Origin: an uncultured Methanosarcinales archaeon
GTDB lineage: Archaea; Nanobdellota; Nanobdellia; Woesearchaeales; GW2011-AR9
Reading direction: 5' to 3'
Length of the DNA stretch: 64,000 nt
Assembly (NCBI GenBank): GCA_964344235.1
Contig: CAYFMJ010000001.1
Location: 192,001-256,000 of the forward strand
Shown here: positions 1 to 8,800 of the stretch, piece after piece
Numbering within the stretch: the first letter of the stretch is position 1
Layout of the letters: every line of letters starts with the position of its first letter
Translations under genes and position numbers: made by a program
The notes under the pieces: model-generated
Told to the model about the DNA's origin: nothing
The model's input: the letters and a program-made list of their open reading frames with translations, nothing else
Database searches by the model: none

Positions 1-208
1 TCAGACTCTTCTCTTTTCGTAAGAATTTGTTGAGTGTCCCTTCCGGATTCATTAAGCCAAGTTGGATAGCAATGTTAGGAGTAACGAGGTTGGCATCAAG
101 TAAGACGACTTTCTTTCCTCTTTCAGAAAGAGCATGTCCTATGTTTAATGTTGTTGTGGTTTTACCAACGCCACCTTTTCCAGAAGCAATTGCAATAAAT
201 TTAGTCAT
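1..208 (-). CDS. minD: MinD/ParA-family ATPase, N-terminal part (runs off window start; not in ORF track)
   Basis: Manual translation from ATG at 208: MTKFIAIASGKGGVGKTTTTLNIGHALSERGKKVVLLDANL. Contains the deviant Walker A motif KGGVGKT; GAGGAG SD upstream. Confidence 0.85.
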   Translation of the reverse strand, partial: MTKFIAIASGKGGVGKTTTTLNIGHALSERGKKVVLLDANLVTPNIAIQLGLMNPEGTLNKFLRKEKSL

Positions 209-268
209 CCTATCTCCTCAGTACTGTATTGGGAAGAAGGAGTTTTTAATGTTTTTGTTCTTGTACCA

Positions 269-365
269 GTAATATGTCTGCTTGCACGGCACGATTACGG
301 CGACAACATCGAGTTGCTTAATTTTACGTCGCCGTGTGCCTCCATTGGCAAAGCTGACATATTAC
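269..365. repeat. Intergenic nested inverted repeat / long hairpin
   Basis: GTAATATGTC(269-278)/GACATATTAC(356-365), with GGCAC/GTGCC, ACGGCGAC/GTCGCCGT and CAAC/GTTG nested inside. Confidence 0.8.
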
Positions 366-371
366 ATAGAA

Positions 372-845
372 TTATAGATCTTCCTCAGCGGGTTTGCCAA
401 CGAGAGAATTCCACGCATGATCGTAGAAGCGGTGAATGAATTTTTCAGAATTTAGAAGGTTATCAATTTTGATTTCAGATGTTGCGTGATCCATTTTAGT
501 AATTAATGTCACGTGACGACGGAATTCTTCCCGTTTTTGATGCGGTGATTTGAGAATGGTTTTAAGGAATGTGTAGAATTTGAGATGTTTTTGTAGCTCT
601 GCATCGTCTGGATAGAGTTGGGAAACTTTCGTTGCTCGTAGAGCAGGGCTCTTCGGGAGACTATCAATTTTGCCTTCTTCTCTTGCATGTTCCAGGTATG
701 CTTCGATGATCATATCAAACGTGCTTACTAACCTGTTAAGAGCATTGAGAATTACATCAACAGTCCGAGTATACTTCAGACTTACATATATAATGTGTTC
801 GAGGCGTTTGAGTTCCTCCCGTGCTTCAAGTAAGAATTCTTCCAT
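372..845 (-). CDS. Hypothetical helical protein, probable paralog of 885..1361
   Basis: 157-aa ORF; EFRRH motif matches EFKRH in the neighbour. Confidence 0.7.
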   Translation of the reverse strand: MEEFLLEAREELKRLEHIIYVSLKYTRTVDVILNALNRLVSTFDMIIEAYLEHAREEGKIDSLPKSPALRATKVSQLYPDDAELQKHLKFYTFLKTILKSPHQKREEFRRHVTLITKMDHATSEIKIDNLLNSEKFIHRFYDHAWNSLVGKPAEEDL

Positions 846-884
846 TCGTATATACTCCCGCTGAGTAAAAAAATCCCTCTCTTT

Positions 885-1361
885 TTATTCTTTTCTGTTA
901 ATAATGACTGAGATTTTGTCAAGAAATGCTTTGTTGTAGTCTAAGTATTCTCTGATATCTGCTGCAGAGAGTTGTTGAAGGTGGTAATCTTTACTGCAAA
1001 TGACTAATCTGTCGTGGCGCTTGAACTCCATTGGACTTACTTTGTGTAGATTGAGAATTTCTTTAATAGTGGTGAGGGTTTGTGTATGTTCGGGGAGAAT
1101 GTTGTTTCTGCGAGATGATTTTAAGCGAAATGTGTTGAGTTTCTCTAAAAATGTTGAGCCATAGTTAGGCACTAGCTGTAATTGCTTCTCGTACTGTAGG
1201 AGGGAGTCCATGGCATGTTCCATTGATGCGAGGATATTGTTGAGGATTCCCAAAAGAAGTTTGGGATCTTTGACTAATGGATGAGTTACAGTAAGAAGAT
1301 GGAACGCTGCGTCGTATTGGAATTGTGCTTTTTCTAGAGATTGTTGATAGTCTTCGGGCAT
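885..1361 (-). CDS. Hypothetical helical protein (possibly HEPN-like fold)
   Basis: 158-aa ORF; N-terminal A..H..V spacing and EFKRH shared with 372..845. Confidence 0.7.
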   Translation of the reverse strand: MPEDYQQSLEKAQFQYDAAFHLLTVTHPLVKDPKLLLGILNNILASMEHAMDSLLQYEKQLQLVPNYGSTFLEKLNTFRLKSSRRNNILPEHTQTLTTIKEILNLHKVSPMEFKRHDRLVICSKDYHLQQLSAADIREYLDYNKAFLDKISVIINRKE

Positions 1362-1391
1362 TCTAATAGTGAGGGGAGAGAATTATAAAAA

Positions 1392-1733
1392 TTATTCGTC
1401 AGAAAGTTTCATAATTGCTTCCGCCAAGTCCCCTTTGGTTTCTGCCAGAGCTTGTTTCACAGTTGCTTCGTCTTTGCCCGTTTGCTCCATCACAGTTTTG
1501 ATGTCGTCTTCAGAAATTTCAGGCGTTGCGTCACGTTCTTGTTCGTGGATCTCTCCTGAAATTTGAAAGTTTTCATTGCCCATCATATTAACTTTCTGAA
1601 CAGAAGGGTTGGTGATGATAATATCTTTCTCAGCAGTTTTAATGATTACTTCAACCGCAGGAATGTCTTCTTGACGAATTCCCATCTGCTTCATCATTTG
1701 CTGCATTTTCCGAGGATTCATTCCAGGTAGCAT
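1392..1733 (-). CDS. nac: Nascent polypeptide-associated complex protein (aNAC)
   Basis: MLPGMNPRKMQQMMKQMG...GDLAEAIMKL (NAC plus UBA-like C-terminus); start moved to ATG 1733. Confidence 0.95.
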   Translation of the reverse strand: MLPGMNPRKMQQMMKQMGIRQEDIPAVEVIIKTAEKDIIITNPSVQKVNMMGNENFQISGEIHEQERDATPEISEDDIKTVMEQTGKDEATVKQALAETKGDLAEAIMKLSDE

Positions 1734-1734
1734 T

Positions 1735-1893
1735 TTAGTTGATAAAGTGCATGGCAATAACGACGACCATGACAATGATTGAGAGAATAATAACAGTCAT
1801 TGGTGAGAATTCAATTTTCGCTTCTGATTCATCAAAGTAGCGTGTTAGGCCGCCTTGTCCTGATGGTAATCGAATTTTGTTGTCTTTTGCCAT
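1735..1893 (-). CDS. secG: Preprotein translocase subunit Sec61beta (archaeal SecG); missed by ORF track
   Basis: Manual translation of 52 aa: MAKDNKIRLPSGQGGLTRYFDESEAKIEFSPMTVIILSIIVMVVVIAMHFIN. Has the GGLTRYF motif and one C-terminal TM helix. Confidence 0.92.
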   Translation of the reverse strand: MAKDNKIRLPSGQGGLTRYFDESEAKIEFSPMTVIILSIIVMVVVIAMHFIN

Positions 1894-1917
1894 ATAAACC
1901 GTACCGCTTTATCATGC

Positions 1918-1960
1918 CTGTGGTGCCACGTGCGCTTACTCTGTAAGCTTAGTGCCACAG
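1918..1960. other. Short intergenic stem-loop upstream of secG
   Basis: CTGTGG(1918-23)/CCACAG(1955-60) enclosing GCTTAC(1934-39)/GTAAGC(1943-48). Confidence 0.5.
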
Positions 1961-2007
1961 TCTTTGCGGTAATTTAGTATTTTTATCTATATTTTATGTG
2001 CTTGTTT

Positions 2008-2676
2008 TTAAGGTTTTCTAATGCCTGGAGCTCCAAATAATGTTCCATTTGCAGGGTTACCTGGGCTAATGTATGTTGCTGTTCTTTCTTCTCCTCTACT
2101 GGATGGAGTGATAAGTGTGGGAATGGTGATTAAAAGTGGTCGGACTGCTTCATAGACCATTTCATTACGGGTTTGCTTGCCTTCTGGAGTGCTCGTATCA
2201 ATGACTTCTTCTGCTTTTTCACTGTGTAGCTTTACTTTTCTGACTCTTTCAGCTGCATTCCTCTCTGCTTCAACCGATGACTCGCTCAAATAGTGAGACA
2301 CAACCCATCCAGCATCGTCGAGTTCACCGATGATAACAAAACCTCCCTCGTAACCGCCGTGGATAAGACTTTGAACGACGTTAGTACAAGAGCCTGACCC
2401 TGGGCCCCTTGTTGGATGGTCCTGAATGTAACCATGACATGTTCTATCTGAAAGTATAACGGCTTTGTAGGCTGGTGCTGCCTCTATTAAGCCAGTAAGG
2501 TCCCTATTTCCTGGAGCTCTACGGCCACCGGGAAAGTGGGGCACTCCTCTTTGGCTCCCTTCGAAACCTTCAAAGAAATCATCGACCCCAATACCTTTGC
2601 CTATCAGGAAGTCGTATAATGATCTTCTTGCGGTTGGGTCGTGGTCAACAAGTAAGGCTCTCGTGTTTAGTGGCAT
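2008..2676 (-). CDS. Hypothetical protein with degenerate receiver (REC)-like N-terminus
   Basis: From ATG 2676: MPLNTRALLVDHDPTARRSLYDFL...YKAVILSD. The track's upstream extension overlaps the RNase P RNA, so it was trimmed. Confidence 0.55.
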   Translation of the reverse strand: MPLNTRALLVDHDPTARRSLYDFLIGKGIGVDDFFEGFEGSQRGVPHFPGGRRAPGNRDLTGLIEAAPAYKAVILSDRTCHGYIQDHPTRGPGSGSCTNVVQSLIHGGYEGGFVIIGELDDAGWVVSHYLSESSVEAERNAAERVRKVKLHSEKAEEVIDTSTPEGKQTRNEMVYEAVRPLLITIPTLITPSSRGEERTATYISPGNPANGTLFGAPGIRKP

Positions 2677-2689
2677 TGTATTTTGTAAG

Positions 2690-3011
2690 TAGGTAGAGTG
2701 GCATAAGCCGCCTTTTGTCAGTCTCCGGTTGGAAAGACTGTGAGAGCATTCTACTAAGCGTGTTAGACACTTGCACCATCTGGGATTCGCCGTTTCATCG
2801 GTTCCCATGGAGACGTCAGCAGGTTAACTCGCATGCTTTGCAGCATACTTCGCCATTATACCAAAGGTTGCATCATTCCATTCCATGGGGCGTGTCGTTT
2901 CTGAGCCAGAGCCGTTCATTTCTGAACCCCTCAAAGAGGGCAGTAGGTTGATACTTAGTGGGCGGACTTTCCTCAGTCAGGTGACCGTAAGCTCTCTGCC
3001 ACCACTACCTA
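2690..3011 (-). ncRNA. rnpB: RNase P RNA (archaeal, reduced P15 region)
   Basis: CR-I GAGGAAAGTCC (2964-2974), CR-II AGAAAC, CR-III TGAAAC, GGTGCAAG, CR-IV GCTTAGTAGAAT, CR-V ACAAAAGGCGGCTT (within 2703-2718). Helices seen: P1 TAGGTAG..GTGGCA/TGCCAC..CTACCTA, P2 GAGAGC/GCTCTC, P12 CCCATGGA/TCCATGGG, P19 CAGTCT/AGACTG. Confidence 0.95.
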
Positions 3012-3032
3012 TCGTCTTTGTGGAGTGATTAC

Positions 3033-3046
3033 TTTATAAGCTTTTT
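3033..3046 (-). promoter_or_regulatory. BRE/TATA promoter of RNase P RNA
   Basis: AAAAAG-CTTATAAA on the minus strand, about 22 nt upstream of the P1 5' end. Confidence 0.7.
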
Positions 3047-3049
3047 GTA

Positions 3050-3736
3050 CTAAATAACGTCAACTTTGAGAAGTAGTTTTTGCATGCCTTCTACATGACC
3101 TGCTCCAACGACAGCAAGAATGTTTTTCTCCGGATATTTTCGTAGTAACTGGATGAGTTTTTTCACCATGTATTTATTTCTGTCTTCAACAAGTGTTTGG
3201 TAGATGGAGGGATAACGGTTCTTCAAGGGTTTCATCATTTGTGTTATGACATCTTGCTCTGGTACGGAACGGAGATCGAACGTTGTTAATCCTAATTCTT
3301 TCAGTTGTTTTTTAGGAGTGAAGATACCCTTGAAGATGTCTGCAATGAATCTGCCTCGTTCTTTCCACGTTAAGCCTTTAGAGAATTTTTTCAGTGTAAT
3401 CTGAATTGGTTGGTCGATTAAAGCGATTTGCAGTTTGTTCTTTTTTGCTAGATCGAGAGCTGCTCTCATATCAGCACCAGGGGTGATGCCCACTTTCGCC
3501 CCCAATTTTTGCTGGACTATTTGGCCGATTTTCGCAAAGAGATACCCTTTGAAACCGAGTTGAGGAATAGCTGCAGCAGAGATTTTTGTTTTCTGTTTCT
3601 GATAGAGTGCATTAGCTCGTTGGAGATCGAGTTCTACTGCAATGATATCTGGCTTTTTCTGGTTAATTGTTTGTTCAATCTCTTTGATGCTCTGTTCGGC
3701 GATGTGTGACGTGCCAATAAGAGTGAGTCGCTCCAT
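3050..3736 (-). CDS. TraB/PrgY (TIKI) family protein
   Basis: LIGTSHI, VELD..R, ADM..A, L.DQPI..T, L..DRN.YM, VVGAGHVEG. Confidence 0.9.
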   Translation of the reverse strand: MERLTLIGTSHIAEQSIKEIEQTINQKKPDIIAVELDLQRANALYQKQKTKISAAAIPQLGFKGYLFAKIGQIVQQKLGAKVGITPGADMRAALDLAKKNKLQIALIDQPIQITLKKFSKGLTWKERGRFIADIFKGIFTPKKQLKELGLTTFDLRSVPEQDVITQMMKPLKNRYPSIYQTLVEDRNKYMVKKLIQLLRKYPEKNILAVVGAGHVEGMQKLLLKVDVI

Positions 3737-3826
3737 GAGTTGTTTGTTGTTAGGGGTGGTTATAAGTGTTTCTGAACAGAAAAGTATTTAAACTTCATTT
3801 GTCTTGATGCCAAGAGGTGGTTTATA

Positions 3827-4102
3827 ATGTTAAAGATGAAGAAAGTTTCTGATACATACGATTTACGGGTTTTTACTGATTCCGGAGATTATTTTGGTGA
3901 TATTGAAGACAGTATTGTGGCGAGTAATAAGATTTCTGGATGGAAAATTAAAGCAACGAAAAATTCGTTCTTAAGTAAAGTGTTGGGTAGTGCGAAGGGA
4001 GTTATTGTGCCGCATCAGTTAGTGAAAGCTGTTGGTGATATTCTGATCATTTCCCGGAATGCCGTACCAAGTCCAAGTGCTTCTGAAGAGGCAGAGGAAT
4101 AA
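3827..4102 (+). CDS. PRC-barrel protein (possibly CdpB-like cell-division factor)
   Basis: VFTDSGDYFGDIED...IVPHQLVKAVGDILII pattern. Confidence 0.8.
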   Translation: MLKMKKVSDTYDLRVFTDSGDYFGDIEDSIVASNKISGWKIKATKNSFLSKVLGSAKGVIVPHQLVKAVGDILIISRNAVPSPSASEEAEE

Positions 4103-4183
4103 AATTGAATTACCGTAAACATATGCAAGATCTATTGCACTATCACTATGTGCAGGGAGAATCTGAAGAAGTTGAGGATTTAG

Positions 4184-5572
4184 TTATCGTTGCTGCGTGA
4201 GTTTTGGCATTTTCTTTTTTTTGTTCTGGAATTGTTTCTTTGATATTTTCTTTACGAAGCCTCTCTCTGCGTCAACTTCAATGTAATCTCCATCTTTTAG
4301 GATTGTGGTTGCTAATTTGGTACCAACAACGCAAGGAATTCTAAACTCTCTACTTACGATTGCAGCGTGGCTTAATATCCCCCCTTCATCCGTAACTATT
4401 GCCCCTGCTTTTTCACAAGCAATAATTAGATTTGGACGGGTCATCTCAGTTACTATAATGCTTCCTTTTTTCATATCCTTAATTTTTTTAGCATGATTCT
4501 CAGATTTACGATAAGATAACAACACCACTTTTCCAATAGCAAAACCTTCCGAAGCTACCTCTCCAACTAACTTTTCAACTTCTTTTGGATTTTCTTTGAT
4601 CTCTTTAATAAATAAAATTGCTTTATCTCCGTCAAAAGTCTCAATATTCTCATTGGTTAAAACTTTAACAAACCCCCTGCTGCGATTTTTCAACCTAGTC
4701 GGTGAAAGCTTTTGATTCATCTCTATCAAAGCGTTTAATTCAAATGCATCGTACATTCTTAAATCCTTTTTAGAAACTTTGAATCTTCTTTTTAACTCTA
4801 TTAGAAATAGCTCATTGTAATAGAGTGCCTGCATCCACAACGATCTCATTCGAAACCTTTCTTCAGATAGACGTCTCAAGACTTTGGTAATGTGTTCTAT
4901 TTTTTTTGGCAATTCTAGTTCCTTAACTAAATTTTTTCTTTTGATTTGACTATGTCTTTTTTCTATCCAATCTTTTTTTTTAAATAAGGAAAGGTCAATT
5001 TTGGCTTTCTCTTTCTTTAATACTTCACTGAATGAGTTGGATAAAGGACCACCTCTTTTAGTAAAAACAAACCTAGTCTCTGGAGATGTTAAGATGGAAA
5101 TTGTTTTTTGTAAATCTTTAACTTTTCTCTTTTTTAAAAATGCAGTCAATTCTTCCTCTAATTTAATGACTTTGTGTGGCTGAGTCATTGAGTAACAAAC
5201 AAAAATATTCCCTAGCGCAAGACCATATAAATCATAGACCGCCCAGAATTCTTTTTTACTCAATTCCTCCAATTTTATATCTATAAGCTTCCCTATCCTT
5301 TTATTTAGCATCTTAGAATTCTTTTTTATTTCACTTAATAAAAATTCAAATTTTTTCTTATTCATTAGGAATTTGTATCCTGCAATGCTACTTCTTTCTA
5401 TCTCTTCTTCAGACAGATAAAATTTACCATAGAATCCCTTCCCAAACATAATGCCATCAGTTATTCCATACCCAAATTTTTTCTTTGATTTTATCCCAAA
5501 GTTGCGAAGTGCTGGTTCAAAATCAAAAAAATTGTGGTTCTCTTCAACCCACATTAGTTTGTAATTGGTCAT
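4184..5572 (-). CDS. Protein with C-terminal PEP-utilising phosphohistidine swivel domain and unknown N-terminus
   Basis: IIVTEMTRP...AIVTDEGGILSHAAIVSREFRIPCVVGT...DGDYIEVDAERG. Confidence 0.85.
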   Translation of the reverse strand: MTNYKLMWVEENHNFFDFEPALRNFGIKSKKKFGYGITDGIMFGKGFYGKFYLSEEEIERSSIAGYKFLMNKKKFEFLLSEIKKNSKMLNKRIGKLIDIKLEELSKKEFWAVYDLYGLALGNIFVCYSMTQPHKVIKLEEELTAFLKKRKVKDLQKTISILTSPETRFVFTKRGGPLSNSFSEVLKKEKAKIDLSLFKKKDWIEKRHSQIKRKNLVKELELPKKIEHITKVLRRLSEERFRMRSLWMQALYYNELFLIELKRRFKVSKKDLRMYDAFELNALIEMNQKLSPTRLKNRSRGFVKVLTNENIETFDGDKAILFIKEIKENPKEVEKLVGEVASEGFAIGKVVLLSYRKSENHAKKIKDMKKGSIIVTEMTRPNLIIACEKAGAIVTDEGGILSHAAIVSREFRIPCVVGTKLATTILKDGDYIEVDAERGFVKKISKKQFQNKKKKMPKLTQQR

Positions 5573-5726
5573 CTTGATTATTTCTCTTTTTTCCAGTTAA
5601 AATGACACGTTATAGATTTCTAAATAATTTAAAACTTTCTTGAAATCTCTTTAAACATTGAAGAAGTATTTTTAAAACCTCTTCATTTTTTAGGAATATT
5701 TTTAAACGTCACTTAATTGGTAGAGA

Positions 5727-6956
5727 ATGATGGATGTTGTAGTAATTTTACTGGCAATTGGTTTGATTTTATTCTTTGGGCAGTTTGCAGAATTTATTTT
5801 TAGAAAGTTAAGCATTCCGGATGTTTTGTTTTTGATACTGTTAGGGTTTATTTTAGGTCCGAATGTGTTAGGATATGTTTCGCCAGGAAGTTTAGCGGTT
5901 ATCGCGCCAGTGTTTACAACATTTACGCTATTGTTTTTGATTTTTGACGGTGCGTTTAATATTCATTTAGCTTCGTTAATTAGAGAATTGTCACATAGTT
6001 TAGTTTTAACGTTATTCAACTTCTTTATTTCATCCGCAATTATTATGGCAGTACTTGTCATTGCCGGTTTCCCGTGGTTAATTTCATTGTTGGCTGGTTT
6101 CATATTGGGAGGGGTTTCATCATCGTTTGTCATTCCGATTTTGAAGGAGATTAAAATTTCAGAGAGATTATTTTCGTTGTTAACGTTGGAATCAGCGTTG
6201 ACGGACGTGTTTTGTATCGTATTTTCGTTAACTGTGATTGAAATTATCCGGTTTGGTTCTTTCGGAGTAAAAGCAATGGTTGGTCAGTTGATTTCATTGT
6301 TTGCAGTTGCTGGTTTTATCGGGATGTTGGCAGGTGTTATTTGGATTGTGTTAAGTGTTAAGGTTTTTAAAAATCCAAATTATATGATTACTATTGCGTA
6401 TTTATTGATTGTTTACGCTCTTACGGACTTCTTAGGTGGGAATGGGGCAATCGCGGCTTTATTCTTTGGTTTAATGTTGAAGAACTCCAAGCAATTAACT
6501 GCTATTTTGCATGGGATTACAAAGAAAGTTAAAAGTCGGAAGAAAAAAATCCCGATACATTCGGTTATCAGGCCGTCAGAGGAGTTTTTCTATCATCAAG
6601 TTTCTTTCTTACTGAAAACATTCTTCTTTGTGTATATCGGAATTTTGATTGATATCCAAGATTGGAAGGCTTTGTTGATTGGAGTGTTAATCTCATTTGT
6701 GTTAATGGGCTCACGGATTGCCTCTTCATTGTTAACTAAGAAGATGGAACCGGATAACAGAAGTTTAGTGAACGCGATTTTTGCAAGAGGTTTAGCAGCG
6801 GCGGTTATTGTACAGTTAGTGATTGAAGCGGGGATCATGCATGCTGATTTCATTGCGAAAGTAACGTACGTGGTGATTACTGGGACGATTGTGCTAAGTT
6901 CAGTGAGAGTATTCTTAGTAAAGCGAAAAATGCCTGTTGCTGTGGTTAAAAAATGA
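5727..6956 (+). CDS. Cation:proton antiporter (CPA1/NhaP type)
   Basis: Multiple TM helices; IPDVLFLILLG, LESALTD, ARGLAAA motifs. Confidence 0.9.
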   Translation: MMDVVVILLAIGLILFFGQFAEFIFRKLSIPDVLFLILLGFILGPNVLGYVSPGSLAVIAPVFTTFTLLFLIFDGAFNIHLASLIRELSHSLVLTLFNFFISSAIIMAVLVIAGFPWLISLLAGFILGGVSSSFVIPILKEIKISERLFSLLTLESALTDVFCIVFSLTVIEIIRFGSFGVKAMVGQLISLFAVAGFIGMLAGVIWIVLSVKVFKNPNYMITIAYLLIVYALTDFLGGNGAIAALFFGLMLKNSKQLTAILHGITKKVKSRKKKIPIHSVIRPSEEFFYHQVSFLLKTFFFVYIGILIDIQDWKALLIGVLISFVLMGSRIASSLLTKKMEPDNRSLVNAIFARGLAAAVIVQLVIEAGIMHADFIAKVTYVVITGTIVLSSVRVFLVKRKMPVAVVKK

Positions 6957-7996
6957 TACAAGAATGGTTTGCGGCATTAGGGGTGCCGTGGTTACTGAAT
7001 AAGTATGTGCAGGCAGCAGTGATTATTGTTGTTGCTATTGTTCTGGCTAAACTGGTGTTATTCGTGTTTAGTCGATATTTGCAAAGAATTGCAGGTAAAA
7101 CGAAAACAAAAGTTGATGATTTAATTTTTGAAAATACAAAACGGCCGTTATTTTATTTAGTGTTAGTGTATGGAGTTAAGTTTGCATTAGTGCCGTTGGG
7201 AATTAACGGAGTGGTTGACAAGATTATTAATTCGTTATTGGCAGTGGTGTTTGTGTTCATTCTCTCTCGAAGTTTAGATGTGATTATTGAAACGTGGGGT
7301 ACTTCTTTTGCTAAAAAAACAAAGACGAAGATTGATGAAGTATTATTGCCATTATTCCATAAAGCGTCGAAAGTTATTTTCGTTATTATTGCAGTGTTAT
7401 GGGTGTTAGCAATTTGGGAGATTGACATTACGCCGTACCTAGCGGGTGCAGGGATTATTGGGTTGGTGTTGGGAATGGCGTTACAGGACTCATTAAAGAA
7501 TGTCTTTGGTGGTGTCAGTTTATTGTTGGATAAGAATTTTCATATCGGTGATCCCATTCAACTTGAGTCAGGAGAGCTGGGAAGTGTGAACGAGATCGGG
7601 TTGCGAAGTACGAAAATTTTGACGTTTGATAATGAAGTTATCTTTATTCCGAATGGGCAGTTAGCGAATATGCGGATTAGGAACTATGTGAAGCCGAATA
7701 CGAAAATTCGGAAGATTGTGGAGTTTGGTGTGGCCTATGGCTCTGATGTTGAAAACGTGAAGAAAGTAGTGTTGGGAGCGATGAAGAAGGTGAAAGATAT
7801 TTCTGACGATCCGTATATGGATGTTATTTTTACCTCCATGGGTGATTCTGCGTTGTTGTTTAAGGCGCGGTTTTGGGTGGATTGGGAGGTAGCGTATAGT
7901 AAGTGGTTAGAAGTTACACAAGCGATTTATTCTGTGCTTGAGAAAGAGGGAATTGAGATTCCATTCCCGCAGATGGATGTGCATATGAAGAAGTGA
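6953..7996 (+). CDS. mscS: Small-conductance mechanosensitive channel
   Basis: GLALQD-like GMALQDSLKN, FHIGD.I, IGLRST, IPNGQL, IEIPFPQMDVH; ATGA overlap with the antiporter. Confidence 0.92.
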   Translation: MIQEWFAALGVPWLLNKYVQAAVIIVVAIVLAKLVLFVFSRYLQRIAGKTKTKVDDLIFENTKRPLFYLVLVYGVKFALVPLGINGVVDKIINSLLAVVFVFILSRSLDVIIETWGTSFAKKTKTKIDEVLLPLFHKASKVIFVIIAVLWVLAIWEIDITPYLAGAGIIGLVLGMALQDSLKNVFGGVSLLLDKNFHIGDPIQLESGELGSVNEIGLRSTKILTFDNEVIFIPNGQLANMRIRNYVKPNTKIRKIVEFGVAYGSDVENVKKVVLGAMKKVKDISDDPYMDVIFTSMGDSALLFKARFWVDWEVAYSKWLEVTQAIYSVLEKEGIEIPFPQMDVHMKK

Positions 7997-7998
7997 TT

Positions 7999-8799
7999 TT
8001 ATTCAAAATACTCCACTGCATTTTTGAAAATTTGTAATCCTGGACCTTCTTCTGGAATCTCTTGTCCTTCTCGTTTATACTGTTCTCTTAGTAACGTCCA
8101 ATGTGGAAGATGAGTAAAAGCAATAGCACGTTCAGGGTGGGGCATCATACCAATGAGCCTGCCTGTCTCATCAGTGATCGCTGCAATGTCATCTAGGGAA
8201 CCGTTCGGATTTGCTGGAAGATCTTGATATGCACAGATTTCTCCTGCAACGTATTTAGCTGCAACTAAACCTTTCTCATGTAGCCGTGTTAGTGTTTCAC
8301 TATCTGTGTAGAACCTGCCTTCACCATGTGCAATTGGCACACTTATTCTTTCAATGCCTTGTGTCCAGGGGCTGCCTCTCTGAAATTGTAGGTCCACCCA
8401 CCGATCTATATATCGGGCAGAATCATTATGAGTGAGAGCGACACTTCTCTTGCCATAGTTTCCATCTAAAGCAGGAAGAAGCCCCAAGTTTACCATCACC
8501 TGAAACCCGTTACAAATTCCGATCGCGAGATGATCTTCTTCGACAAAGCGTAGTACTTCGTCCGATAAATGGTTCTGAATCTTGTTGGCAAGAGCATTTC
8601 CAGAACCAGTGTCATCTCCGTAGGAGAAACCACCAGGGAATGCAAGTATTTGGTACCTGTTGAGTTTAGCAGGGTCAGCAATTAAGTCATTAATGTGGAC
8701 AATGTCAACGCGTGCGCCTGCTTGTCTGAACGCGAATGCTGTTTCTTCATCACAATTAATTCCATATCCTGTAAGTGCTAAAACGTGTGGTGTTGCCAT
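7999..8799 (-). CDS. purQ: FGAM synthase glutaminase subunit
   Basis: GYGINCD.ET, PGGFSYGD, GICNGFQ, PIAHGEG, GMMPHPER. Confidence 0.96.
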   Translation of the reverse strand: MATPHVLALTGYGINCDEETAFAFRQAGARVDIVHINDLIADPAKLNRYQILAFPGGFSYGDDTGSGNALANKIQNHLSDEVLRFVEEDHLAIGICNGFQVMVNLGLLPALDGNYGKRSVALTHNDSARYIDRWVDLQFQRGSPWTQGIERISVPIAHGEGRFYTDSETLTRLHEKGLVAAKYVAGEICAYQDLPANPNGSLDDIAAITDETGRLIGMMPHPERAIAFTHLPHWTLLREQYKREGQEIPEEGPGLQIFKNAVEYFE

Positions 8800-8800
8800 A

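Noticed and set aside
27-272. 81-aa + strand ORF
   Set aside because: Antisense shadow of the minD N-terminus.
2677-2808. N-terminal 43 aa of the track ORF 2008..2808, and ORF 2715..2951 (+)
   Set aside because: Both overlap the RNase P RNA, whose conserved motifs explain the sequence; ATG 2676 is the plausible start.
5573-5726. AT-rich intergenic region with four TTTAAA boxes as a possible replication origin
   Set aside because: No ORB-like G-string repeats and no cdc6/orc1 nearby; divergent promoters explain it.
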